Below are positions 27,504 through 39,651 of a DNA stretch of 64,000 bases, piece after piece (positions within the stretch are counted from its first letter, which is position 1; every line of letters starts with the position of its first letter). Origin of the DNA: Macrostomum lignano (Eukaryota); the NCBI GenBank assembly GCA_002269645.1, contig NIVC01000385.1, positions 248,001 through 312,000 on the forward strand, given 5' to 3'. A model generated the notes under the pieces. That model searched no databases and was not told where the DNA came from. It worked only from the letters and a program-made list of their open reading frames with translations. A program made the translations under genes and the position numbers.

Positions 27504-28551
27504 CGCGGTAACTGCATTTTCTAATACGCTCGTATGGTGGTGCTACTGTAACCTTTTTAATAATACAATGCTTGTAATTAATTCTTTCTAAATATACCAA
27601 TTTAAAAACTGCAGCACAATGGTGACGTTTGTTATTAATATAATAATTACCTATTCCAGTTGAAATTATGTGCCTTGTTGTGTCTTTTCTTATTAAAAGT
27701 TAAAAACGCCAAAACATTTTTCACCATCAGGACAGGATTAATAGCAAATGGCAAAATATATAAATAACCATGTGCAGTATTTTATTTTCGTTAATATTAA
27801 ACGAATATATCGTCCTTTAGAAGACGAGCGTTTGACCGCGAGAAATAACAGGAATAAATTGAGGAGACAGAAAGTCGCAGGAAATGCACAATGGGAGAGG
27901 GGTGAATTTACAGACGGGTAATTATTTTGGCAGCTGCATGCAGCCAGAGATCCGGGGCATACAACAATGAAAGCACTTCTGCTTCTTCGTTAAGATAAAA
28001 CTGAATAATATATAATCAGCTGGATAAAATACAATAGCTAAGCTTAAAAGAATTACTTACAGCAAAATTAATAGATATTTATGTATTACATTAGCCCCTA
28101 CGAGAACAAGAAATATTCAATTTTAAGGAAAGATATCCAAGAATGAATATAGATTTTCAGGTAGATAAGCATAGGTCAGATACTAGATTTATTATCTAGA
28201 GCACAAACTAAAAGTTGTGAAAATGTAGAACTTCGACTCTGTTTTCAGTAGTTATTCTGCGCAGTGTCACCTAAATTTAATTTGGCATTAAAAATTTCAG
28301 TTCCTCTGGGGTTTGCGCGGCCTTATAAGCATATTTAAAATGAACAACAATAATTATTTAAACATCGATGTACACAACATCGAACGCTCTGCTTTCAGCA
28401 AGATAAAGAAGGGCGCCACACCTTCCCTCTCTTGCTCGCTTTGCGCACTCACTGGATTTGAGAGCCTCAAACAGGATGAGAATGCTAACTTAGAAAAGAA
28501 ATTTAGATAGAAAAAAAAACGCTAAAAAGCTGCAAGGTTGGCTACTAAGCC

Positions 28552-30252
28552 TCAGTGCCGAGTTCGCCGCCTGCCTGACAGTCCGGCAGCAGCAGCCGCA
28601 GCCTCCTCAAGCCTGAGCAGTCCAGCCGACAGTCTGGCATTCCGCTCCATCAGATAGAAAATCAGCAGCGACTGCCTGGCAGCGACTCGTTCGCGGCGCT
28701 TGCAACTATTGTTGTTATTATAATTATTGTTGCCATGGTAACAGTAGCAACAACAGTTGCGGCCTCGAATGCGAGCAGGCGATAGCGAAGACACAATCAG
28801 ACGGGATCTGAGTGAACCGGTTACAGCCTCCTCATTGGCGCCGTTGTTTTTTTCATCGTTATCCTCGTCGTCGTCAGCAGCTCTGTAGTCGTCGCCGCTG
28901 CTCAGCTCGGCGTCCGGTTGGCGGACCGCGGAGCGGCGGCCCCAGGCGCGCAGGCGGGCTACAACAAACAGGCCGGTAGCCAGACAAGCCGCCGTCTGCA
29001 AGCCGAACGCTACGGCAGCCGCAGCCGTCTGAGCGGATGGCGGGTACGACACGGCAGCCTCGACAACGATAGGGCCGTCAGCTGCGGACTGGGCGACCAT
29101 CAAGACGGCGATGATGATGGAGGAGGCTGTGGGAGTTGGCGATTGATTAGATTTCAGTTATCGGCCTGTTTATTGTCATTGTTTGTCAATAAAAACCGCA
29201 CTTTATTGGAGTTGCACTCTACGCAAGCTGTACTTTATTGGAGTTGCACTTTACCCAAGCTGCACTTCACTGAAGTTGTACTTTATCCAGACTGAACTTT
29301 ATTGGAATTGCACTTTACACAAGCTGCAATCTTTTGGAGTTGCACTTTATCTAAACTGAACTTTATTAGAGTTGCACTTTATCTAAACTGCACTTATGGG
29401 AGTTGCACTTTACTTTAGCTGCACTTATGGGAGTTGCACTTTATCCAGACTCAACTTCATTGGAGTTGCACTTTACCTAAACTACTTTATTGGAGTTGCA
29501 CTTTATCTAAACTGCACTTTATTAGAGTTAGGGTTACTTAAGTCCCATTTTACCCAAGCTGAATTAACTCAAGTTGTACTTTACGTAAACAAATTTTTAG
29601 GAGTTACGGGAATTCAAAGCAAAACATAGAAAATAATATCTTACAGAATGCTAACAGATAGAAAGGTAGGCGAACAATAGGTGCGCAGGCTAGAAACAGG
29701 TTCAAATAGCCGTCAGTTAATTTTCGATTGCAGTACCAGACATAGCAGCGATCAGCCGCAAACAGTACAGTCAGTTGCAGACACTGCACTACACTTGAGT
29801 AGGCTAATAAGCTGGAATTACTGCACAACTGTTGCTGCTGTTTCTCCTGCTGCTGCTGTGTGGCATTGTCTGTCGGTATGCGTTGCAGCGACTGTACAAT
29901 GTTTGGACAGACTTGAGGCAGCCAGAAGTGAACCGAGGCCAGCGCCGTCTGTGTAGGTTAGTGATACTACTAATATTAATGAGTTGCCGATTAACTACAA
30001 TCGAACAAGATAATTACTTACAAATAGCAGCTGAGCGCCCACGCCAACAAAAGTACAAACTGACTCAAGCTGCCGATTGGAAAATTTCCAGCAATAGCGA
30101 ATGCAACACCGAGAGCCGCTACCTCTGTCAGCTGACGAATCGTTGCCAGGTGCAAAATAATCAACAGCATAGTTATAGTCATCTGGAGGGGAGCCAGTGC
30201 CACCGTCCACTGTGTCCCAGTGGCTGCATTGGATCTGCTGTCTCAGGGAAGA
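28552..30252 (-). CDS. TMEM192: TMEM192-like lysosomal membrane protein, 3 visible exons; start codon not in frame as assembled
   Basis: Minus-strand exons 30252-30022, 29948-29645 and 29126-28552 (TGA); phases 0 and 1 are compatible. LFAADRCYVWYCNRKLTDGYLNLF and RQSLLIFYLMERNARLSAGLLRL resemble TMEM192 as I recall it ([43 protein letters not shown]). Confidence 0.72.
29200..29560. repeat. Degenerate minisatellite (actttattggagttgcactttatc...) in the TMEM192 intron
   Basis: Recurrent gttgcacttta and ttattggag units. Confidence 0.8.
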
Positions 30253-30339
30253 CTGAAAGCGGAAATGACTGACAGGTATTCATTCTGAGTCTGGGATTCT
30301 TGACCTGCCTTTCATAGTATGTACAAGAGCTACCATGTT

Positions 30340-31700
30340 ATTGTCTATCTGCCAAGGCTATCTACCTGACTAGAGTCTACTTTATCTACCTGGCCTGAAT
30401 ACAGTCTACTTTATCTACCTGACTGTAGTCTACTTTATCTACCGACTACAGTCTATTTTATCGGGTCGCTTTCACAAGCCCTAAATTTCACAACGTCGCA
30501 AGACACAAACTTTCATAAGCTCTAAATTTCATAAACCCTAATTTTCACATCGTCGAAAAGTTGTGCACAGTATTTCAGAAGCTCTAAATTTCACAACGCC
30601 TAAAAACACTATGGAGATAAATCTTTCACAAGACCTAAATTTCACAACGCCTAAAAACACTATGGAGATACAATCTTTCAGACGTGCTTTTAGACGTTGT
30701 GAAATTTAGGTCTTGTGAAAGATTGTATCTCCATAGTGTTTTTAGGCGTTGTGAAATTTAGGTCTTGTGAAAGATTGTATCTCCATAGTGCTTTTAGACG
30801 TTGTGAAATTTAGGTCTTGTGAAAGATTGTATCTCCATAGTGTTTTTAGGCGTTGTGAAATTTAGAGCTTCTGAAAATAGAAGCAAATTTAATTTTCGAC
30901 GTTGTGATATTTAGGGTTTGTGAAAATTAGAGATAGTGAAATTTAGGGCTTTTGAAATTCTGTGCATGCCTTTTAGGTGTTATGAAATTTAGGGCTTGTG
31001 AAATTTAGGTCTTGTGAAATCTGCTGCATTGCTTATTTTCGACGTTGTGAAAATTAGGGTTTGTGAAACGACCCTATTTTATCTACCTGACTATAGTCTA
31101 TTTTTATCTACCTGACTACAGTCTACGTTATCTGCCTGACTAGAATCTACTTTATCTACCTGACTACAGTCTACTGTCCTTATCTACCTGACTAGAGTCT
31201 ACTTTATCTACCTGACTACAGTCTACTGTCCTTATCTACCTGACTAGAGTCTACTTTATCTACCTGACTACAGTCTACTGTCCTTATCTACCTGACTAGA
31301 GTCTACTTTATCTACCTGACTACAGTCTACTGTCCTTATCTACCTGACTAGAGTCTACTTTATCTACCTGACTACAGTCTACTGTCCTTATCTACCTGAC
31401 TAGAGTCTACTTTATCTACCTGACTACAGTCTACTGTCCTTATCTACCTGACTAGAGTCTACTTTATCTACCTGACTACAGTCTATTTTTATCTACCTGA
31501 CTACAGTCTACTTTATCTACCTGACTAGTCTACTTTATCTACCTGACTTGGCTGACTAGTCTATTATATCTACCTGACTAGAATCTACTTTATCTACCTG
31601 ATTAGTCTATTTTATCTACCTGAATAGAATCTACTTTACCTACCGGACTAGTCTATTTTATCTACCTGACTAAGTCTACTTTAACTACCTAACTGGTGTC
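30340..31700. repeat. 24-bp minisatellite (ctactttatctacctgactacagt), split by an inserted foldback element
   Basis: Units at about 30340-30462 and 31075-31700; same family as 34085-37590. Confidence 0.93.
30463..31074. mobile_element. Foldback/MITE element with 9-bp TSD (Mutator-like)
   Basis: gggtcgctttcacaagccctaaatttcacaacgtcg and cgacgttgtgaaaattagggtttgtgaaacgaccc are inverted ends. tattttatc is duplicated at 30454-30462 and 31075-31083. The interior consists of ttcacaagacctaaatttcacaac subrepeats that invert at about 30685. Confidence 0.85.
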
Positions 31701-32090
31701 TACTTTGTCTACTAGAACACACTGGAGACTACTAATATGCTAGTTACGTTTAAAAAAGATTAACGGACACTTAAACCATTAGGTCTGTATTTCAGACTCA
31801 CCAGATATCATTTGGTATAATTAAGCAACAGAATTAAACCAGGCAAAGAGATACTCGCACAGATCAATTATAAAGTGAATGCCAAATTAAAGACTACATA
31901 CAACTAGCGAAGGTTAGGATGAATTTTTAGCAAGTGGAAAATTTCCTTTCTTGGAAAATATGTGAAGGCTTGTTTTCCCATTCAGCGCTGTGCAAAACAG
32001 CAAATCAAGTCTGTGAAAATACTTTGAAATTCAAACTTTTGCACGATTTGCGAGTGTACTTTTACTTCAGCTGTACCGCAGTTATTCACT

Positions 32091-33967
32091 TCATCGTTTC
32101 CGTTTGAACGCGAATTTCCACACAGCCGGCGAGTCGCCACTCGCCTCGGCCATCAGTTTGCGAGGCCGGCCAATTTCGGCGGCCAAATTTCGTTTGGCTT
32201 CAAGCGCGGCCAGCGCGGAGGACAGGGCGGCAACTCGAGCTACTCGCTGGCGAACGGCTTCAAGCGTGCGCGATCGCTCTTTGGCTAGGCGGGCGATTTC
32301 CTGCTCAGGTAGGCTGGACAGGTGAGCAGACCAGGCTCCATCATTACCTAATTCTTTATCATTGCTCGACTCACAACGACTGAGACGTCTAAAATCGGTT
32401 TTACTAAACACTGTCCGGCTGCTCTTACTGCCGCTATCGGTTCCGACAAATGCTAGACTGGCCTCTAATTTAGCCAGCTGTGCTCGTTCAATTTGCAACT
32501 TGTGACGCAAATAATTGGAGTCCTCTAGTAGCATCTGGCGCATGCGTTTGTTGTCCGCTGTGTGCGGCTGCCGATCTGTAAAAGTGCATTCATGAAGAGA
32601 TTTAATAACTTAGCCTTTTATCTAAGGATAAGTGACTAATTGTTCAGTTTTTGTTCAATTGAATTCTCATTGTTAACAGTCGCTTTTACAAGCTCGAAAG
32701 ATCAAAAGCTTAAAACTTCATGCTCGAAACTTCATAAGCTCGAAGCTTAATAAGCTCGAAACTTAATAAGCTCGAAACTTAACAAGCTCAAAACTTAATA
32801 AGCTCGAACCTTAATAAGCTCGAAACTACATAAGCTCGAAGCTTAATAAGCTCGAAACTTTATAAGCTCGAAGCTTAATAAGCTCGAAACTTCATAAGCT
32901 CGAAGCTTAATAAGCTCGAAACTTAATAAGCTCGAAACTTCATAAGCTCGAAGCTCAATAAGCTCGAAACTTAATAAGCTCGAAGCTTAATAAGCTCGAA
33001 GCTTAATAAGCTCGAAAATTAATAAGCTCGAAACTTCATAAGCTCAAAGCTCAATAAGCTCGAAACTTCATAAGCTCGAAACTTAATAAGCTCGAAGCTT
33101 AATAAGCTCGAAACTTAATAAGCTCGAAACTTCATAAGCTCAAAGCTCAATAAGCTCGAAACTTCATAAGCTCGAAACTTAATAAGCTCGAAGCTTAATA
33201 AGCTCAAAACTTGATAAGCTCGAAATTTCCCAAGTTCGAAACCTCCACCCTTAGTAGAGATAGGCAGGGGCTGTGTGCACCCTGGCGTACTTTAAGCGAC
33301 ATTGTTACATAACCGGTGAGAGGCATTACTGCCCCCATTCCGCCGACTCCCCTGAGCAGGCACACAAGGGCGCGGATACGTGCGCAGTACAAAGTCTTAT
33401 GCACAGGCACACATTCACACAGGAGTGCACAGCGGCCCTAACTTTATTTATTGTTAGGCATGTACACTTCACTGCGCCTTGAAGGTTGGCCCTCAAGCTG
33501 GGTGTTAATTACACGAGCAGAGCCAAGCCGAGATTCCAATTTAGCCCCAAATTAATGTGGAATCGAGCCTGGGCCGCTGGCAGATGAGAGCGCCGCGCTG
33601 GACCAGTAGGCTACGGCACCCCAGACGATTTTTTCCTTGCCTGTAAATTCGCCATAAATAGCAAACATAAAATAGAAATTGCAATAGTTTGCTAACCAGC
33701 TGCCACACGGGCCGCAGTCTCAGAGTGCTGACCGTCAACCAGCTGAGAGCGAGTCATGTGAAAATAAAACTCATCCGGATTTTTGTCTCTGGCCCGCTGA
33801 CGCAACGACTTTAATGCTGCCGACTTTTTCTGATAGTCTTTAGCCCGAACTATGTAGTCTTTGTGCTTCTCTAACTGGCCAAGATGGGCCCGTCTGCCCA
33901 GCTGTTGGCGCTCTTTGTAGTGTCGTCGATCTCTTTTGCTACCTTTCTTTAATGAAGAGAATGGCAT
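32091..33967 (-). CDS. UTP11: U3 snoRNA-associated protein 11, 2 exons
   Basis: Minus-strand exons 33967-33697 and 32575-32091, phase 1 [45 protein letters not shown] and C-terminal WKFAFKRKR. Confidence 0.94.
32690..33240. repeat. 16-bp minisatellite (taataagctcgaaact) in the UTP11 intron
   Basis: Direct tandem copies. Confidence 0.95.
33255..33625 (-). mobile_element. tRNA-derived SINE family A, copy 1 (UTP11 intron)
   Basis: The reverse complement reads ggggtgccgtagcctactggtccagcgc...cccaggctcgattcc (A-box/B-box-like), then a body of about 290 nt clearly homologous to 45343-45707. Confidence 0.8.
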
Positions 33968-34084
33968 TGTTGCGACAGCGGCGGCTGAAATATTGAGTAG
34001 TATTTTTTGTGTCTAGTTACAGTGTATGGTTATGCCATCGGGCATGCACACTCTGTGCCTTGGGGGTTGGCCCTTCAAGAAACT

Positions 34085-37000
34085 ACCTTTATCTACCTGA
34101 CTAGTCTATTTTTATCTACCTGACTACAGTCTATTTATCTACCTGACTACAGTCTATTTTATCTACCTGACTACAGTCTACTTTATCTACCTGACTACAG
34201 TCTATTTTATCTACCTGACTACAGTCTACTTTATCTACCTGACTACAGTCTATTTTATCTACCTGACTACAGTCTATTTATCTACCTGACTACAGTCTAT
34301 TTTATCTACCTGACTACAGTCTACTTTATCTACCTGACTACAGTCTATTTTATCTACCTGACTACAGTCTATTTTATCTACCTGACTACAGTCTACTTTA
34401 TCTACCTGACTACAGTCTATTTTATCCACCTGACTACAGTCTACTTTATCTACCTGACTAGTCTATTTTTATCTACCTGACTACAGTCTATTTATCTACC
34501 TGACTACAGTCTATTTTATCTACCTGACTACAGTCTACTTTATCTACCTGACTACAGTCTATTTTATCCACCTGACTACAGTCTACTTTATCTACCTGAC
34601 TACAGTCTACTTTATCTACCTGACTACAGTCTATTTTATCTACCTGACTACAGTCTATTTTATCTACCTGACTACAGTCTACTTTATCTACCTGACTACA
34701 GTCTATTTTATCTACCTGACTACAGTCTATTTTATCTACCTGACTACAGTCTATTTTTATCTACCTGACTACAGTCTATTTTATCCACCTGACTACAGTC
34801 TACTTTATCTACCTGACTAGTCTATTTTTATCTACCTGACTACAGTCTATTTTATCCACCTGACTACAGTCTACTTTATCTACCTGACTAGTCTATTTTT
34901 ATCTACCTGACTACAGTCTATTTATCTGCCTGACTACAGTCTATTTTATCTACCTGACTACAGTCTACTTTATCTACCTGACTACAGTCTACTTTATCTA
35001 CCTGACTACAGTCTACTTTATCTACCTGACTACAGTCTATTTTATCTACCTGACTACAGTCTACTTTATCTACCTGACTACAGTCTACTTTATCTACCTG
35101 ACTACAGTCTACTTTATCTACCTGACTACAGTCTATTTTATCCACCTGACTACAGTCTATTTTATCTACCTGACTAGTCTATTTTTATCTACCTGACTAC
35201 AGTCTATTTATCTACCTGACTACAGTCTATTTTATCTACCTGACTACAGTCTATTTTATCTACCTGACTACAGTCTACTTTATCTACCTGACTACAGTCT
35301 ATTTTATCTACCTGACTACAGTCTACTTTATCTACCTGACTAGTCTATTTTTATCTACCTGACTACAGTCTATTTATCTACCTGACTACAGTCTACTTTA
35401 TCTACCTGACTACAGTCTACTTTATCTACCTGACTACAGTCTATTTTATCTACCTGACTACAGTCTATTTATCTACCTGACTACAATCATTATCTACCTG
35501 ACTACAGTCTATTTTATCTACCTGACTACAGTCTATTTTATCTACCTGACTACAGTCTACTTTATCTACCTGACTACAGTCTATTTTATCCACCTGACTA
35601 CAGTCTACTTTATCTACCTGACTAGTCTATTTTTATCTACCTGACTACAGTCTATTTATCTACCTGACTACAGTCTATTTTATCTACCTGACTACAGTCT
35701 ACTTTATCTACCTGACTACAGTCTATTTTATCCACCTGACTACAGTCTACTTTATCTACCTGACTACAGTCTACTTTATCTACCTGACTACAGTCTATTT
35801 TATCTACCTGACTACAGTCTATTTTATCTACCTGACTACAGTCTACTTTATCTACCTGACTACAGTCTATTTTATCTACCTGACTACAGTCTATTTTATC
35901 TACCTGACTACAGTCTATTTTTATCTACCTGACTACAGTCTATTTTATCCACCTGACTACAGTCTACTTTATCTACCTGACTAGTCTATTTTTATCTACC
36001 TGACTACAGTCTATTTTATCCACCTGACTACAGTCTACTTTATCTACCTGACTAGTCTATTTTTATCTACCTGACTACAGTCTATTTATCTGCCTGACTA
36101 CAGTCTATTTTATCTACCTGACTACAGTCTACTTTATCTACCTGACTACAGTCTACTTTATCTACCTGACTACAGTCTACTTTATCTACCTGACTACAGT
36201 CTACTTTATCTACCTGACTACAGTCTACTTTATCTACCTGACTACAGTCTACTTTATCTACCTGACTACAGTCTACTTTATCTACCTGACTACAGTCTAT
36301 TTTATCCACCTGACTACAGTCTATTTTATCTACCTGACTAGTCTATTTTTATCTACCTGACTACAGTTTATTTATCTACCTGACTACAGTCTATTTTATC
36401 TACCTGACTACAGTCTATTTTATCTACCTGACTACAGTCTACTTTATCTACCTGACTACAGTCTATTTTATCTACCTGACTACAGTCTACTTTATCTACC
36501 TGACTAGTCTATTTTTATCTACCTGACTACAGTCTATTTATCTACCTGACTACAGTCTACTTTATCTACCTGACTACAGTCTACTTTATCTACCTGACTA
36601 CAGTCTATTTTATCTACCTGACTACAGTCTACTTTATCTACCTGACTACAGTCTATTTTATCTACCTGACTACAGTCTATTTTATCTACCTGACTACAGT
36701 CTATTTTATCTACCTGACTACAGTCTATTTTATCTACCTGACTACAGTCTACTTTATCTACCTGACTACAGTCTACTTTATCTACCTGACTACAGTCTAT
36801 TTATCTACCTGACTACAGTCTACTTTATCTACCTGACAACAGTCTACTTTATCTACCTGACTACAGTCTACTTTATCTACCTGACTACAGTCTACTTTAT
36901 CTACCTGACTACAGTCTACTTTATCTACCTGACTAGTCTATTTTATCTACCTGACTACAGTCTACTTTATCTACCTGACTACAGTCTACTTTATCTACCT

Positions 37001-37590
37001 GACTACAGTCTACTTTATCTACCTGACTACAGTCTACTTTATCTACCTGACTACAGTCTACTTTATCTACCTGACTACAGTCTATTTTATCTACCTGACT
37101 ACAGTCTACTTTATCTACCTGACTACAGTCTACTTTATCTACCTGACTACAGTCTATTTATCTACCTGACTACAGTCTACTTTATCTACCTGACTACAGT
37201 CTACTTTATCTACCTGACTACAGTCTACTTTATCTACCTGACTACAGTCTACTTTATCTACCTGACTACAGTCTATTTTATCCACCTGACTACAGTCTAC
37301 TTTATCTACCTGACTACAGTCTACTTTATCTACCTGACTACAGTCTACTTTATCTACCTGACTACAGTCTATTTTATCTACCTGACTACAGTCTACTTTA
37401 TCTACCTGACTACAGTCTATTTTATCTACCTGACTACAGTCTATTTTTATCTACCAGACTACAGTCTATTTTATCTACCTGACTACAGTCTATTTTTATC
37501 TACCTGACTACAGTCTATTTTATCTACCTGACTACAGTCTATTTTATCTACCTGACTAGTCTATTTTATCTTCTTGACTACAGTATATTT
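34085..37590. repeat. 3.5-kb array of the 24-bp minisatellite between RPL38 and UTP11, with higher-order duplication
   Basis: About 145 tandem units; the rare variant tctgcctg recurs at 34925 and 36089, 1164 bp apart. Confidence 0.98.
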
Positions 37591-37896
37591 ACTGTAGTCA
37601 AGGGATACTTATGGATATCTTAGTATACTTAGGGATACTTATGGATAAAGGGATTAGTATCTGGATTTTGGATTTTAAAACCTCTATTCTAAACAATGTA
37701 TGAGTAGAGATCTAGCAAAAGCAATTAAAAGAGAAAAAAACAAGAAATTGATCCATCGAATAGACGCCACACAGATCCAGCGCTTTACTTAGTCAGCAAT
37801 CAGCAAACATATATATGAATTTATATATGATTCAATACACTTGTCAGCACAAATGGCATCCAGAAAAATCGATGCTGATAAGTGATTCAGTGCATT

Positions 37897-38109
37897 CTAT
37901 TTCAGCTCCTTGATAGCCAGACCAGGGGGCAGGCTCTGCTTGAGCTTGTCAGCCTTGTCCTTATCAGTGATGACCAGAGTGTAGAGGAATCTGGAGCAGC
38001 GCACCTTGAACTTGATGTTGCCCTTATTTGTCTTGATCTTCACAGATTTGGCATCTTTTCGCCTTGCAGTAAGCAGGAAGTCCTTGATCTCCTTGATTTC
38101 GCGGGGCAT
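37897..38109 (-). CDS. RPL38: 60S ribosomal protein L38, 70 aa, intronless CDS
   Basis: [58 protein letters not shown] is the canonical eL38 sequence. Confidence 0.99.
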   Translation of the reverse strand: MPREIKEIKDFLLTARRKDAKSVKIKTNKGNIKFKVRCSRFLYTLVITDKDKADKLKQSLPPGLAIKELK

Positions 38110-38716
38110 CTCTGCTTGTTCTGGAAAATTTTAGTCATACAAAAAATTTAAAATCAAATAAAACATCAACATCTCTGATATGTCTTGATATCATAAGAGT
38201 TACAATAATATTAAACAATTATCAATAATTTTAATGAAATTTTGAATTATAGATTTTTGCTGTAACCAAACTTTTTTCATCTATTTCTGTAGCCATATTT
38301 AATTTTCCTCATAGCCTATCTATATCCATATATCCATAGCTAATTAATTTCTAATAATTTCCCCTAACTTTTGATAGTGTTACATTTAATTTGAACAGTT
38401 CCTCTACCATTTACTTCCTCTGATATAATGAAAAAGTAATGATAGCAATGGTGTAGCCTATAAACAGTCATACATTTTACAATAATCTCAACTTTAGTTT
38501 AGTCCCCATTATCCTAATCACACAATATGCACATGCATATTATAGCAAAAATCTTTGTTGCTTGAGTCCCTAGACCTAAAGACTTGAGAGCTCATTTATA
38601 AAAGCATTGAAAATGGCAAAATTTATTCATTTCCTGTGTTTTATTTCCAATTAACCATGACATCAGGGCTCTAATGGACTTTTAAACCCTAGTTATTAAG
38701 TGGCTAATATTTCAAG

Positions 38717-38888
38717 GGCAGATCTAGGGGGCCATGACCATGCATGCCACCCTAAGCCATGGCCAAAAAAATTTGCCTATACTTTTTTGTTTATAACTAT
38801 AACTATATATAAGTTCTATTTTCCAACATTGCGTTATAGTACTTAGTATAGCTTGCCTCCCCCTTCCTAAAAATCTTCTAGATCTGCC
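38717..38888. mobile_element. Short palindromic MITE (about 170 bp)
   Basis: ggcagatctag (38717-38727) / ctagatctgcc (38878-38888) is a perfect 11-bp inverted repeat. Confidence 0.5.
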
Positions 38889-38894
38889 TCTATA

Positions 38895-39651
38895 TAAGGG
38901 GCATCCCGAAAGTCCATTTAGTATATGCCATTTTTAACATAAACAATGAGTAAAGAGCTCAATTGCTTATGGTCAATTGCTTATGGTATTGCTAGAGCAA
39001 CCCCCTCTAACTTTATAAAATTTTGAGCTTAATATTTATTGAATATTTAAAGTGTTATAATAATTAAAACTAGTCTAGTGATTTTAAACTTGGCCAATCT
39101 GATTAACTGATAGAGGATGTTAACAATATTGAGCAATGCTTGTGCATCAAAACCAATTTTTTGCAAAGAACAAAGCTGCACAAGTTCACCAGCAACTTAT
39201 TTAAGCATTCAAAGACTGTGCCTTTACTGAGCGATCTATGTACAATTGGTATGCACACTTCAAAGATAGGCAATTCGATATCAAGGATGGCCAGCAATCA
39301 GGATAGCCAAGGGAGTCTTGATCAGATGCCAACATTCAGCTAGTAAAGGGTACCCTCAAAATTGATTGTTGGTTATTCTTTTGTGACTTTGATCTCTTTC
39401 CAAAGCTAAAAAATCAACTATGAGGCCACTACTACTACTGCCTAGATGAACTCTTCAGCATCATTGTTCAAGTCCTTCAATACCTATGTGATTCTGGTGC
39501 TACTGACGGAGTCAAGAAACTACCAGAATGCTGGCTTTGTATGATTGTGGCCAATGGAAGTTATTTTGAATGCCTATGAAGTTTTTAAACTTTCCTGTTG
39601 CATTGTTGCATTTTTATTTGGTGACTAAACAGACTTTTAGGATGCCCCTTG
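38895..39651 (+). mobile_element. Internally deleted, degenerate mariner transposon
   Basis: TIRs taaggggcatcccgaaagtc / gacttttaggatgccccttg with TA on both sides. A stop-containing translation, AAQVHQQLI*AFKDCAFTERSMYNWYAHFKDRQFDIKDGQQSG*PR, fits the mariner HTH region. GVKKLPECWLCMIVANGSYFE fits the mariner C-terminal GIxKLPERW..GxYFE motif. The catalytic domain is absent. Confidence 0.82.

Noticed and set aside
29158-29167. Acceptor aaacag at 29166 for TMEM192 exon 3
   Set aside because: All three frames stop within 20 nt; the downstream acceptor at 29127, with a CTAAT branch-like site, keeps the frame.
30018-30203. Hydrophobic 61-aa ORF (MTITMLLIIL...) as the TMEM192 N-terminus
   Set aside because: Splicing in that phase leads to a stop in the next exon; only the other frame joins the TMEM192-like exons.
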